Program-made: the position numbers and the translations under genes
Shown here: positions 22,290 through 37,679 of the stretch, piece by piece
How positions within the stretch are numbered: the stretch's first letter is position 1
Layout of the letters: each line of letters starts with the position of its first letter
Notes under the pieces: generated by a model
The model's input: the letters and a program-made list of their open reading frames with translations, nothing else
What the model was told of the DNA's origin: nothing
The model's database searches: none
Source: Toensbergia leucococca
Lineage: Eukaryota
NCBI GenBank assembly: GCA_022813965.1
Contig: JALDZS010000200.1
Span: 1 to 41,330 of the forward strand
Length of the DNA: 41,330 nucleotides
Direction: 5' to 3'

Positions 22290-22680
22290 ATGGCGCATAC
22301 GCTCCCCTTTGGCGCCTATGAACAGAGCAAGACTGCTAATATATACATGGCCAACGAGGTTGAGAGACGGGGTGGCCCGCGAGACTTGCATAGGCTAAGT
22401 GTGCACTATGGGGGTATCTGGACGGACTTGCAGGTGCATGTGCCGGAGAAGACGATGAGGGTATGGAAGCATAGAAAGAATATCAGGAAGGGGATGAAGA
22501 GTGTGAAACAAGGGGCTGTGACAACGGTATGTGAGAGTGTGGACTGGGAGTGGGAGTGGCAAACGGGGAGATGTTTGGAAAGCTGTCAGAAATTGGGCTA
22601 ATGAAGGGAGGGTGGATTTATGCATCGCATCCTTTTGACTAGAAGGAAGAGAAATCGTGGGTGGAGTCGTCGAGGTTGGG
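22290..22680 (+). pseudogene. 3' relic of a WWOX/retinol-dehydrogenase-like short-chain dehydrogenase
   Basis: AYEQSKTANIYMANEVERR (YxxxK), LSVHYGGIWTDLQ (HPG normally), MKSVKQGAVTTV (KSPEQGAATT normally) and GRCLESCQ. No Rossmann N-terminus is found, and downstream frames carry stops. Confidence 0.75.
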
Positions 22681-22938
22681 TGGGATGATTGATTGACCTT
22701 CTTGGATAATAATGTTGAGTGGCTAGATTGCAAACAGTCGACTGCAAATTTTCATGGTTGGAGAGCAAGGTCAAGGAGACGGGGAGGCGAGCTTACTGGT
22801 GAGATCAGAAATGGCCCAAATAGGCCTGAAAACGTTCCAATTGAGATGTGAAAGGGGATCAGATCTTTGGGGGAAAGAAATCATAGCGTTACGCCTTCAA
22901 GGACTCTTTCCGGTGGGACAAGGAATCTAGAGCAAAGA

Positions 22939-23606
22939 CTAAACATAGTTTGATATTCTATACGCAAAGTTAGGTATCAATAAGATGCTCATAATATCAT
23001 ATGAGGGCTCGAAAGGCCTTGAAGATTCGGACACGCATAGACTCACTCGATCAAATTTCCATCAGGATCTCGACAGTAGACACTCCGCAGCTTGCCTCTC
23101 GCCCCAGTTCTTTCCACGACTTGGCCTCCTTCTAGGATTCCAATATCTACTAGTGCATACTTAATCAAAAGCCCCGCGTGGTAGATCAGACATACTTTTC
23201 CCTTCCAATTCAGTCAAAACTTCATCGATAGGCGTATCTGTTAAAAAACACAGATCCCCACTACCTGGCATTACGTTCTTTGCTTTTGGCTCGAATTCTG
23301 CACCTGCCTAGATAGACTCGGGGGAATCATTACTCGCTGGTCTGTTGGAAGACATGACCACTTTTCCATCACGCTCTCTCTTGAAGACCTCTGCTATTAT
23401 CACATAAACCGGCTCACCTGATGTAAATTGATCTTCTGATGGCCAATTAGCAAACTATGTCTCGTTACACTAGGACCTTTCGGTGAAGTAAAGGCTTGGT
23501 GCTGCATGCCCATATGGGTTTGATAGAAGAAGATGGTGGCCGGGATGGAGGCGACGGTTAGGACGATGTGGTCGATTGAGGTTACTTTTAGGGATTGGGA
23601 AACCAT
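22939..23606 (-). CDS. VOC/glyoxalase-family protein (GLOD5-like); exons 23606-23418, 23307-23196, 23146(or 23149)-23047, 22957-22939
   Basis: Spliced protein: IDHIVLTV..FY..MGM..QKINLHQ|AGAEFEPKAKNVMPGSGDLCF..|VERTGARGKLRSVYCRDPDGNLIE|ISNYV*. All three introns are GT..AG. Confidence 0.92.
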
Positions 23607-24166
23607 GATTATGGATGGTGATTTTGGTAGCGGTTAGGTAGATGGAGAAGAACTTTGGGGACTGTGATATTAGGGCTCGGATAGCGTTTACGACCGCAGA
23701 TTCTCGATGGGTTTGCCCAGGAATCGTTATATAAACCTCTATTTAGGTTATTCCACACATGGTGATATGAGTAATTCACCGCCTACGCTATCTCTGGAGT
23801 ATGAAGTTCAATCATCTCACGACACACGTTGAAGCAGATAACTAGCAATATCGATTAGGGTTTCTTTTGAAGAATAGGTATGCGTGGTACGGAGCAGTGA
23901 CGCGGCTAATTCGGCCCTAAGATACCTACCTGTCTTACCTCATTTTCATCTCTGCGGAGACGCCAAGGCGCTAGACCAGAGTAGAAAGCCTTCGGGCGAG
24001 CGTCACGATTAACAGGCCAATATTGTTGACGGACAATTCGAACATCCAACTCAACCAGTCCTTTGGTGCTATGAATTTGCTGCAGATATCTTCGTTCTCT
24101 ACTGTCATTCCTATAATTTAATACTGTTTGTACTTTCTGTGAATCAGCCCGCCACTTTCGGCCATC

Positions 24167-26872
24167 ATGGTCTTTCAGGCTGCCACCGCCATCACCGTAA
24201 GTCCATCGCCACTTCATGACTCTTGATTCCTACTGACAAGATCCTACTAAAGAATGTTGCTTCTATCACTTCAGAGATGTGGCCCGCCATGAAGTCTACC
24301 TTGACAGTGCCATGGAGACCTTCGCGCCACAGTACACAAGCCCCCAGTCAGTCTTTCACTTCGAGTGCTACAACGAGTAATGTGGAATCATATCCAAAGA
24401 TAGAACGTATTGTAAGCACTCAAGATGCTGCTACCCTGGTTCCATCACTCATTTCACAGAATAACTCGACTGTTGAGCTGCCCGAATGCCTGGCATCCGT
24501 ACCAATCACAACATTGCGGTCTGTACCATGCGTTGGCTCTATCCCAAGACAGCGCGCTTTCAGTTCACTCTCACACAGTAAGTCAGATACCTGTTTCACG
24601 CAAACTGAGCTGACTCTTCTAGCGTCCCACAGGATGCTATGGTCGTCGGGCGTGTCCTTCCAGAGTCAACCAAAATCCCTGATAGCAGCTCGGCAATACT
24701 CTACTCTCCTTCCGTTTCGATATGCGCATTTTCTTCGATATAGAATTCCTAGCTCGTTTCAGCAAAGGACGCTTTTTGGGGGTGGCTCATCACAGAATCT
24801 TTTATCCCACATGGAGATGACAGCGAACAATAATCCAACAAGTGCCACAGCGCAAAATGCCTTCTATTCAGCGTTACTTCGTGCGAACATGCCTGCTATT
24901 GTGGTGGAACGACATCAAACCGGTAGATACGCAAGTAATCAGGCTTGCGAGAATACCTACCTTCGGGCTCTCGAAAAGATTGGGCAAAGCGAAGGAGTAG
25001 CGAATCTCGGGGCGAATACACAGGTGCAGGGGCAAAATTCATCAATGAACAACGAGCAACTTCAAGCAATTGCCCAAGCTGTGGCGGCGCAATCCAGAGG
25101 TGGAAATGTCGCAACGGTGAGGGGCAAGAGTGGCTCGACTGGCACTGGGGCCAAAGAGAGTCCTCTTTACGTCGTAGTAGACGAGTCAATAAGTAGCACC
25201 ATATTCAAATGGGCGAAATTCGTGCTCTGGTTCGCGTTGCTTGGTTATTTGGCTTTGATTCTAGTCACAATCGCGGTTGAGTCTACTGGTCTTCTTAAGC
25301 GGGTTGCGGGCATACAAAACAACGAAGCTCAGCCACAACATCAGAAAGTTCGATTCTCTGACGTCCACGGGTGTGACGAAGCCAAGGAAGAACTCCAGGA
25401 GCTTGTCGAATTTCTAAAGGCACCTGAGAAATTCTCGACACTTGGCGGAAAGCTGCCTAAAGGGGTTTTGCTAGTCGGCCCTCCGGGTACTGGCAAGACT
25501 CTGCTCGCTCGTGCTGTAGCTGGAGAGGCCGGTGTGCCGTTTTTCTTCATGTCGGGATCGGAGTTTGATGAAGTTTACGTTGGAGTTGGTGCCAAACGAG
25601 TCCGAGAACTATTCAACGCGGCGAGGGCAAAGGCTCCGTCAATCATCTTCATCGATGAATTGGATGCTATAGGAGGGAAAAGAAACGAGAGAGATGCAGC
25701 TTACGTCAAGCAAACACTGAATCAGCTTTTGACTGAGTTGGACGGCTTTTCTCAACAGAGCGGTGTCATCATCTTAGCAGCGACAAATTTTCCACAGCTC
25801 CTCGATAAAGCTCTTACTAGGCCTGGGAGATTTGATCGCAACGTGATAGTACCTCTACCTGACGTCCGAGGCAGGATGGAAATTCTCAAACATCATATGA
25901 AGAATGTGCAGACAGGTAATGATGTTGATGAAAAAGCCCTGGCACGAGGTACGCCTGGCTTTTCTGGTGCCGAACTCGAGAATCTCGTCAATCAGGCAGC
26001 TGTTCGTGCGAGCCGAAACCAGTCCCCGAAAGTTGGTATGCTAGATTTTGAATGGGCAAAAGACAAAATTATGATGGGGGCCGAACGGCGAAGCGCTGTT
26101 ATTCAGCAAAAAGACAAGGTCATGACGGCGTATCACGAGGGTGGGCATGCTCTAGTGGCAATGTTTACACAAGGGGCAGACCCACTCTACAAGGCTACTA
26201 TCATGCCGAGAGGGCAAGCTTTAGGTATTACCTTCCAACTACCAGAGATGGACAAAGTTTCCATGTCGAAAAGAGAATGCCTAGCAAAAATCGATGTCTG
26301 CATGGGTGGCAAAGTTGCTGAAGAGTTGATCTACGGCCCAGAAGAGGTCACAAGCGGCGCAACAAATGTAGTGTCGACCTCCCTCTAACGCATCAAATAT
26401 CACTAACGTATCTTAGGACATTCAACAAGCCACTTCGCTCGCCTACAGTATGGTCACCCGAATGGGTATGTCTGACTCACTGGGCAACGTCGACCTTGAC
26501 ACAGACTATGGTCACCTCTCTTCGGAAACAAAACAGCAAATCGAGCACGAAGTCCGCCGTATCGTCGAAGAAGGCCGTCAGCGTGCCACCAAGCTCCTGA
26601 CGGAAAAACGAAAGGAGTTGGACATATTGGCCAATGCCCTGGTCGAGTATGAGGTGCTGAATCTAGACGAGATGGAACGCGTGCTCAAGGGTGAGAAGTT
26701 GGCCAAGTTGAGCGCTTTGCCGGGTGTGGGGATCAAATTACCGGAATTGGTGTTGCCGTCAGGGATTGGGGGCGCGCCGAGTAGTGCTGCTTCTGTAGCT
26801 GCGGTGGCGGTGACTGGGTCTGGAAGTGATGATTCGTCGAGCGCGGAGAGTAGTGGGGGCGCCAAGTTGTGA
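24167..26872 (+). CDS. YME1: Mitochondrial i-AAA ATP-dependent zinc metalloprotease; introns 24197-24252 and 26368-26416 (possibly also 24412-24459 and 24578-24622)
   Basis: Single TM, Walker A GPPGTGKT, Walker [27 protein letters not shown], and M41 zinc motif HEGGH. Confidence 0.95.
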
Positions 26873-27934
26873 TTTTTGGGCGACTACTCTTCTCAGCCGT
26901 TTTTTTTATTTATCTTTTTTTTTCGTTTGGCAATTGTGCATCTAAATTACAAGCGGTGGCGAGTCATAGCGGGTTTGCATCCGTTGTTTATGACTTTTAA
27001 CCTTTGGTTGTTTTCAAAGACAAAACTGGACGATCTCGAATGCCGGCCTCCTTCTGCGAGGTTGGAATCACAAGCGTATCCTGTTTGTCGCCCTCAAATT
27101 AGGGGAGGATGAACCCAGGTCGGAATATGACAATTCTCCATACAAGCATTTTTACACCCTTGTGATGACGGTGTGAATTCTGTCACCGTTGTTGTGTTTT
27201 TCTGATTTAAAATCAATGATTTGAGAGGGGCGAGGAGTTTTATCAGTTGTTAGAATGTGGAATGAGGTACTGAGGGTTACTGTACTCCGTATACCTGTCA
27301 TATGGTTTAAGGCTTATGATGGAGGAATATGCAAATGCAAGCCCAAAAGTGGAGTTGGGTTGTAAAGCAACTGGAAGTAAGTGCACCGGAGTGTTTTGTC
27401 CCTATGGCTAAGGTATGAGTATCAGGGTATTTCTAAACAGCGTATTTGTTATTCAAGTTGTGGCGAGTGCTTGCGTAGGAGTGAAGCCTAGAATAGGTAA
27501 GGTAAGCAGAAGGTACGGTGAAGTCAGGATAAAAGGCAAATGAAATCACGACTCTTATGATCAATACAAACCATCTGGGAAGTCACCTCTTCCACCTGAA
27601 CACATATTTAGGTCCTCTTTTCTGTATCTTACTGCAGTGAGTTATGGAGCCATCTTTGTTCTGCGAATAAAACTGCACCTGCATCTGCTACTCGACATCC
27701 TAGCACCCAAATCTAAGCAAGTCTCGGCCTCACACCAAGCGCATGTAGAGTCTCGTGAGCTCCTCTTTCCCTCCAGTCCCTCCATTCCCTCCATTTCCTT
27801 CATTCCCAATGAGAACTCATCGAGTCGATACTCTATAACACTATGATCTTTGCTAATTCGCAACTCACTTGTTAGTGTATGCCTGGAAAACATATTACCC
27901 TACCCTAGCCTAATCGCGTTCCTGTCTTCGAATC

Positions 27935-30900
27935 ATGGATGGCGCTCGAGAAAAGCTGGCCGAACTCTTATCTTCCCTAGAAGGAAAGGACGGAAATGAC
28001 CTTTCTCGTGCCACTTCTCCCGGTGGCGAGCCCCAGGACAAAGATGAGGATCATAAACAGTTGACCCGGAGTAGACCTAGGACCTATCCTTACTTCCGCT
28101 ATCTGCCTTACCAAATCGAAGATGACATTGAGCGCCAGCGTGTCTTCAACGAGCTCCTCAAGCATCTCTATGTCGCTGTTGACGCAGGAGATTTCTCTGC
28201 GGGAGCAATTCATTGGACTCGAGAGCTGAGGAGCTGGCTGAGCCTCAAATTCGATCCCACCAAGGAACAAAGAGTCAAACTGGTCAGACTGTACTATGAG
28301 CTCGCTCTTGCACCGGGAATCGACATCACAGTGGCCGACAGATTCGCAAGTATGTTCATGGTCTTGACAAAGTGAGTTGGACGTTGAATTGGCCTTGCTA
28401 CTAGCAAGCTGACAGTTGGCAGGAAAAAGCACTATCTAAGACCTGGAAAGGACCTCATCCTTGATTGGAGACCAATATTTCGAGAATTGAAAGACTTCGT
28501 ACTCCCATCGGAGTCGGGCATAGTGCAAACCAAGAGTGACCGACGCAATTACCGGACTATCAATAAACTCTGCACATTCGCCCAGCTATATTTTAGCCCT
28601 GCAGAGATACCGGCAATGCTGGAGGAATTCTTACCCTATTTCAGTACATCTTTCGCCGAGGGTGCATATGTTGTAGCCGGACTATTGAATTTACTCATGC
28701 CAACGAATCCTGCGCCTTCGGGTGACGAGAGACTTTCACCACAGCACTACCTTCCAACGTTATTTCACTTGTGGTCCCTCGTTAATCGCTCCAAGGTGTT
28801 TGACACCACCTTTCTTGATATTCTGTCCAGATTAGCCCGCGACTCTCTACCAGCGAAGCAGATCCGCTTCACTGAATATGGACTTTACACCAAGGATCAG
28901 TCCAATCTAATTTTCACCGCTATACTACGGCTGCTTGAGATACCTGTCGGCCAGGCAACTTCTCCTTACAGTGCAGTAGTTGACGATGGCGCAGGTCTCG
29001 GCTTCATGTTGGAGCGAGATCCGAAGAAACACCCTGTTGCTCATCACATAGCTCGATGGATAGTCATGTCACTTTCTCCAGATTGTCTGGATAAGCCAGA
29101 CTCAATCATGACTAATCTTGAAGGCCTTATTCAAGCTGTAGAGACGTTCTTCCATCCCTCCAACTCGGGTGCCTGGACAAAGACTCTATCACAGTTAGTA
29201 TACTATCTTGCGGATTTCTTCGTTATGCGATGGAATCGGGAACAAAGCAAAGAAATCGAGATGCCAGAAGAACGACATCTCGATGGAGCCTTGAAGCGTC
29301 GCTTTGTGTTGTGCCTGCGAGAGGTCACATTCATGGGTATATACGCTAAAAGCGGTACTGCGATGAACTTTTTCTTGTCGACACTACAAAGTTTAGCCTA
29401 CCTGGAGCCGAATCTCATACTGCCCGGGGCGCTTCAACGGATTTATCCTTCGATGCAGGGCTTGGTAGAGGTACATCGGACGACATCCTCATTACGCTCG
29501 CTTCAAGTCCTTTCGAGGGTCATGGTCCGAACCAAGGGCTTCAGGTGTCATGTCACAACACTGCTGGGCCTTGCGCTTCCGGGTATTGATGCCAATGACT
29601 TAGAGAAAACATTGTATACCCTATCATACATTCAGTCGGTTTGCTACAATATCCCATTTCAGGACCTTACTGAAGGCGATGATGAGATTGGTGGCAGCAT
29701 GCTTGCTATGGGATGGATCACTTCGGAGGTCAATCAGATGGAGCAAGAGGGCGCTAATGTGGAGCTTGATTATCAAACGGAGCTCAGTGACAAAGACGAA
29801 GAGCTAATCCTTCGCTCTTCAACGGCTGGGTTCACAGAGTTCCTGGGGACCTTTTTAGGTAGAGTCTTTACTTTACTGGATAATCTACCCGATGCGTCCA
29901 GAGTACGTTCAGGTTCACCCGAAGAAAACGTTGTGAATATGCTGCCTGCCACTTTTACGCCTCTCTTAGCTACCTTGTCTCCTGAACTGTATGACTTGGC
30001 ACTCAACAAGATTGCCGACTTTGTTGGTAAGCATGTCATCCATCAAGCTAGAGATGCTGTGGCGTTCATCTGCAATGCTCTTTGCAAGGTCAATCCGGAC
30101 AAGGCGCTGAAACGTCTCGTACCCGTTTTGATCCAGTCCATTCGAACTGAAATTGATGAGAACGATGCCGCGTCAACAAGAGACAAGGGTTCAGATGTAC
30201 TACCCAGAGATCGCGGCCTCGTCTGGAGCGTGAGTATGCTTAGCATGTGTGTCGTACACGTTGGTGATGCCGTTCTGAAGCATAAGCAAGAGCTTTTCGA
30301 CATTGCCGCTTACATGCAGCAAAAATGCAAAGGCATCCCCACGGTACACATTTCCAATTATATTCATCATCTGCTCCTCAACCTCACTGGTACGTATACA
30401 ATGGATTACTCTATCTATGAGGATAGTGTGCTTTCTCGGGGTCTGATGCCTGAAGATTGGGGTCAGATCCCTAAGCCTCAAGATCTAAACATCAGATGGC
30501 ACGTTCCTAGCAAGGAGGAGATTGAATTTGCTGTGGATTTGTTCAAATTTCAAGGCCAAAGTGCTGTGAAGCACTTGATTTCTCTCACTAACGGAAGTTC
30601 GAGCATCAAACGGGATGGTTCCGGCAACGAGTGGTCGGACGAAGTATCGAGAAACCTTGTGCTCGTCCGCCTCCTCTTATCAGGTGTCTCCGTCCTGTTC
30701 GATGCAAAAGCTGTATCGAAGCAGACCCAAGATGTAGCTTCGGATCTTAGCAGTGACATTGAAATGGTTCATGGGGACGCAGATGCCATTGAAGAGATTC
30801 AAAATGACAAGAGTAACGAGGGCCTGGAGGACGCTGAAGAAAACGAGGTGAAGCCAACTTTCCACTATCCAGTTGGATATCTACTCAAAGAAGGGGAGCC

Positions 30901-33900
30901 ACTGTATAACGAGGTTCATCAATTAAGGGAACAGGCTGGGGAAATGTTACACGAAGTGCATCTTTTCTTGATGGATCAACAGGAAGACAATGTTGCCTGC
31001 TTTGGCCCGTTGTACATGGCCTACCGATCTTGGTTCATTGACGTCGGCATTGAGCGATCTGCCCACGTCTTGGATCGTGTGACAAGACTCTTAGCTGCCG
31101 ACATCCACGCCTACAAAGTAAGTGGACTGCGAAAGGAGTACCCAAGACCACTACTGTTACGAAGAGCAAACGTATACCACCTGCAGCGTTTACGGCACAA
31201 TGCGTCCCCGAGATCCATGTCTGAAATCGACAAGTTACTACTTCTCGATCTAGCTCAGTCGAGTGTATCTCTGTATACCGAGGTTCGCCGCCACGCTCAA
31301 AGTGCCGGAGAGTCTGCTCTCAAGGCCATCATAGGAGCACGACCTTTGGTCATACCCCCATTACTCGACGCTCTAGAAATTGGAGTGAAAACGAACGACT
31401 TTCCTCGTATCAAAGGTGCTCTATTCGCCCTATTATTTGGGAGTCTAGCTAAGACCATCGGTCGGGATTGGCGGTACGCCCCTGCTATAATCAAAGCGTA
31501 CATCGCTGCCAGTACAGCAGATAAGCCATCCATTCAGAAGCTCTGTTCCAGTGCTACTTTACAAATCATGGACTTTGGAAGACCTCTTGTGCGAATGGTT
31601 ATCTTGGATCAAGACATCGTTCGGGGCATAGCTCCTACTGATGATGTTGACGCGAGAATCAGCAAGAAGAGAGACACGATTGCAAAGAAGCGCGTTAGAA
31701 TTGAAGCTAGGAAAATTGCCCTGTCAGAAGAGTTGGTAGACATGGCTAGAAACTCTCATTGGAAGCAGGCTAAATGCACTGCTGCTATCGTCATTACCCT
31801 TGGCCTTAGATTCGATAGCATCGCGTCAGAAAACATGGTCGACCTTCTCACACGGGGATCGATTGACTCTCATCCTGGTCTCAGAGGATTATATGGTGGT
31901 GCATTTGTTGCGTTGATGTCTTTGATAGACTGCCGAGCCGTGTATGGGCACAAATACGAGAATTTACTACTTGATAAGCAACACATCCCAGCAAAGATCC
32001 ATGTCACTACACGAAGAGATGATCCGAACTGGACAAGAGAGCACTTGGCGAATTTTGCAAAGCCAGATGCAGAATACTACATTGACCATGACTATCCTGG
32101 CTGGTTGGTCTGGGATAAGACAATGCCCGCCTACCAATCAAGTCCCAAGGAAGATTTGATGTACGACGATGCAGAGCAAAAGGCTCTTGCTCAAGTCGGA
32201 AAGCTCCTCGATCGAGCTTGGTTTGCCTCATTCTTTCAGTTCCTAAAACAAGAGCCTCGTGATGCTTCGGTTGATCGATTCCGCATGGCTGTTGCAATGA
32301 TGCTAATTTACACGTTCGAGCTCATGCATCAAGGATCCACCGTCGCAACACTAGCGGAAATCAAGGAGGAAGTCGCGCTAGTGCTTGGTGACGGCAGCGA
32401 TAAGCATCAGCATCGAGCGACAGCAGAAATCCTCGGAGCTTTGTTGACTTCGACAGTAGACAAGAGATTCGAGATTCGCTCCATGGTTTGGGAGTACGCT
32501 TTTCCCATTGTCCAGAGAGTATTCTCCGATGGCCTAACGCCAGAGAACCAGGGTTACTGGATGACTTTCCTGCATTTAGTAATGCAAGGCAAGGACCCGA
32601 GGAGGTTATGGCCAATTGTCGATTGGCTTGCGAGCTTCAAATTAGACATGTCTTCAAACGCGGCATTCAAGGAAAGTTCGAAAATCAAATTGTTGCAGCA
32701 GTGTGTGGAGGACGCGGGATGGCATTTCCAACTCGAAAAGCCTATCGTCGAGGACTTTCTTGCGCACCTCGATCATCCATACAAGGGAGTACGTGAAGCA
32801 ATGGGACAAACGCTAGCTACCATTTACCGTACAAGATATCACGAATCGTACAAAGACGTGAATGCGTTGATTGAAGGACAGAAAGCTGCTTCTTCCATTG
32901 GCACTCGACCATATCAGCCCTCGGAAGAATTCTCAGACACTATCCACGAAGTATTCGAACGCCTCGAAAAATGGAGGCATGAACGTACCCCTGGTCAACA
33001 AACGCCATCGTCATACACGTCTGGCAGCAAGACGGTGCTACTGTGGCTGGATTCCACCTTGTCATCTCATGAGTGCACTCAGCTATTGCAGTTCTTTCCG
33101 AAACTCTTCATGGAGCAGCTGTTGCATATGATGGATGTTAAAGAAGACCAAGAGCTTCAGGGATTAGCTTACCACGTCTTTCGACATCTACCAAATATTC
33201 CACATAGAGCGGGCGAGGATGAAGAGATTTTTGACTGTCTTGCTCGAATCGGCACAACGTCACCATTGTGGCATCAACGTCTTCGAGTCTTGATCAACAT
33301 GCAGGTCATCTACTTCCGCCGTCTATTTCTTATTTCTCACGATCAGCAAGGGAAGCTGTTTGATTGCGTGGCCAGTATGCTTGAGGATAGCCAATTGGAA
33401 GTTCGTCTTGGGGCGTCTTCCACTCTATCTGGTATGATCCGATGCTCTCCTGTGGCTTTACGTACCACCGTCATACAAGACCTGAATAAGAAATTCACCA
33501 AAATGCTTCTTGACTCGCCTCTGCCCAAGAAAGCGCGGAACGGAGTGTCAGCATCTAACACGGGCACAAGCACACCGACACCCGAACATAGCAGGCTTGT
33601 CCTGACTCGTCACGCTGCCGTGCTTGGGCTTGGTGCCCTGGTGCAGGCATTCCCTTATGCCTCACCGCCGCCATCGTGGATTGCAGACGTTCTCACGACA
33701 CTCGCAAACAAAGCAAATGGAGATCCAGGAATCGTGGGCAAGAGCGTGAAGAGCATCCTAAGCGATTTCAAAAAGACAAGACAAGACACATGGCAAACGG
33801 ATCTTAAGGTAAGGTCAATTGTGTTATGAGTTCAAACATTCTTCTGACAAGATGATAATAGGCATTCTCAGCGGAACAAGCGGAAGACCTTGAAGGGGTC

Positions 33901-33924
33901 CTCTGGAAGAGTTACTTTGCATAA
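27935..33924 (+). CDS. BLM10: Proteasome activator Blm10/PA200; exons 27935-28371, 28423-33808, 33862-33924
   Basis: HEAT-like protein of about 1960 aa with ETFFHPSNSGAW, LPGIDANDLEKT, RHAAVLGLGALVQAFPY and FKKTRQDTW. The last exon ends LEGVLWKSYFA*. Confidence 0.95.
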
Positions 33925-34030
33925 GGCGGGGCATGTCATGGTGGTATAGGGTTCCCTTTAGCATTTTTGGCATTGTAGCGTTTAGCGTGGAGTTGGCAGG
34001 GCATGGCTGGATTGCAAAATGCATTGGAGT

Positions 34031-34060
34031 ATGATGGATGATGGATGATGGATGATGGAT
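34031..34060. repeat. (ATGATGG)4 heptamer repeat in the BLM10 3' region
   Basis: atgatggatgatggatgatggatgatggat. Confidence 0.85.
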
Positions 34061-34539
34061 AGGGAAGAGTTGAATGTAAAGGTAGAGTGATGGTGGATTA
34101 GATAAGGTAGTTTGATAGGGCAGGCAGGGCTGCATGCACACCTGCGTGTTTTAGACCGCAATAACGCACATCAGATAGGTATTGATCATACCTGAGGATG
34201 CCTTCCGGTGACTCCCACTTCCCTTTCCCTTTACCATATTGAACCATGATGTTGATGGTAGGCCGTTGGTCCTTTACACTGGCCCAGGAATACTCCCTAC
34301 AGTAATGTAACAATGAGTTGGCAGGGCTGGAGCCTTTGCTCCGTTCACAATCACATGCTCCACTACGACCCCACCTCTTACAATACTAACAAGCGCCATA
34401 CGAAGCAAAGAAAGATTATGACCTGATCCTATGTACGAGGCAATCTATCATATCTCCATTTTCTCCCCTGACGACCTCTCATTTGCTCCAGTAGCTCACA
34501 GCTTACAGCTCACATTCTACAACACTTCGACCATCCTGA

Positions 34540-36350
<1,811 letters not shown>

Positions 36351-36727
36351 GCACCTCAACGGAAAGTTGTCCTGGGTATCAAATGTTAGTGTTTGCTTGT
36401 ATAGTATTGAATCAAGGATGCCGTTTTGGAATGGGTTGAAAGCGCTGGGTTACTTTAATGGAGCTGACGTGTTTGGACGAGCATTGATATTCCTCATCAA
36501 CACCTTGATGATTGCAGGTCTTGTGACAACATTGGTTCCTGCATATCATCAGCATGTTGATATGTCTCTTTACTTGGCAATCAAGGTATGGTAAGGTCCA
36601 AGCACCAGTGAGGGCGAGTCAAGAGATGACGACGAATAGGAGAAATGCCTCCTAACTAGAGTCAGCTTACTAGAACTATCAGGTATACTCACTCTGTCCA
36701 ATGACGGGTTTAGGGTCTGCAAGGAAT

Positions 36728-36759
36728 GCAACATGGCAACATGGCCACATGGCAACATC
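36728..36759. repeat. (GCAACATG)4 imperfect octamer repeat
   Basis: gcaacatg gcaacatg gccacatg gcaacatc. Confidence 0.85.
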
Positions 36760-37679
36760 TGCCACCATCGATGATTGTTTCGGAAGCTAATTAGGGACCG
36801 TCTGCCGTCCGTTGCAGGGGCCCAAATAGAATAAGCAAGTCCCGACCCAGGAATCGAGGAATGCAAGATCCGGCTGCCTAATGGATCACGGATCCCGCTT
36901 CGACAAGGAACACGGATCGTACGTCGTTCAGATCGTAGTCCTTCGACTGGTTGACGCAACGGCCGGGGGGTCACAATACGCCTTTCACAATCTCATACAG
37001 ATTAGTGCAGAGATGGTGGGAGATTGAATCTGCATGTCAAAGCCTCTTCTACCTAGTCACAGAGAACTAGAACTACCTAATCTACAGGGTGTCTAGGGCG
37101 TCCCCCTCTCTTAGGCGAAATCGTCTACCTATCGTTCCGTTTCACTGACAGGTCCGCTCCTGACTACTGATGACGAAAGTCTATGTGGAGGCTCTAACGC
37201 TCCTGATTTGTCTCTAGGGCTTTTCTCAAAAGTCGAAGCGAGGAGGTGAGGAGGCCTATGGAGTTGTTCTATCGACGACGGACGCTGGTCGCGCGGCAGC
37301 GGCTGTCAATTCCGACGCAGATTCAAGGTGGCGGTACGGCAAAGAAGCATCAGGATCAAGGCATCAGAGTCATGACTTGGCGATTCGGGGCCGTGATGAC
37401 TGACAGACGAATCGAGGTCTATTCCATGAAGCTCTGCAAGGCCTTTACGGAAGTGCCAGGGCCTTGTGGTGGAGCGAAGGTGGAAATCAAGCAGCTGATG
37501 ATGCCGAAGCTATTCGATTCATCACTTCCGTCACGCGACCAATGCGCTCATATAGAATACTTGGAAAATCCTCCTCCTCTCAATCTCTCTCTAGCCTGGC
37601 AGTTTGCTGACACTTGCTCATTCCCATTGTATTCTACCTAGATTCGTCGGCCAATCCTCACCCTGTCCCTAACGTCAAC

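Noticed and set aside
27161..27204. Box C (GTGATGA), a small hairpin and box D (CTGA) suggesting a C/D snoRNA
   Set aside because: Only about 45 nt long, with no terminal stem and no recognisable rRNA guide.
37246..37641. 131-aa ORF upstream of the microprotein
   Set aside because: No domain features or splice signals linking it to the gene; likely a chance ORF in promoter DNA.
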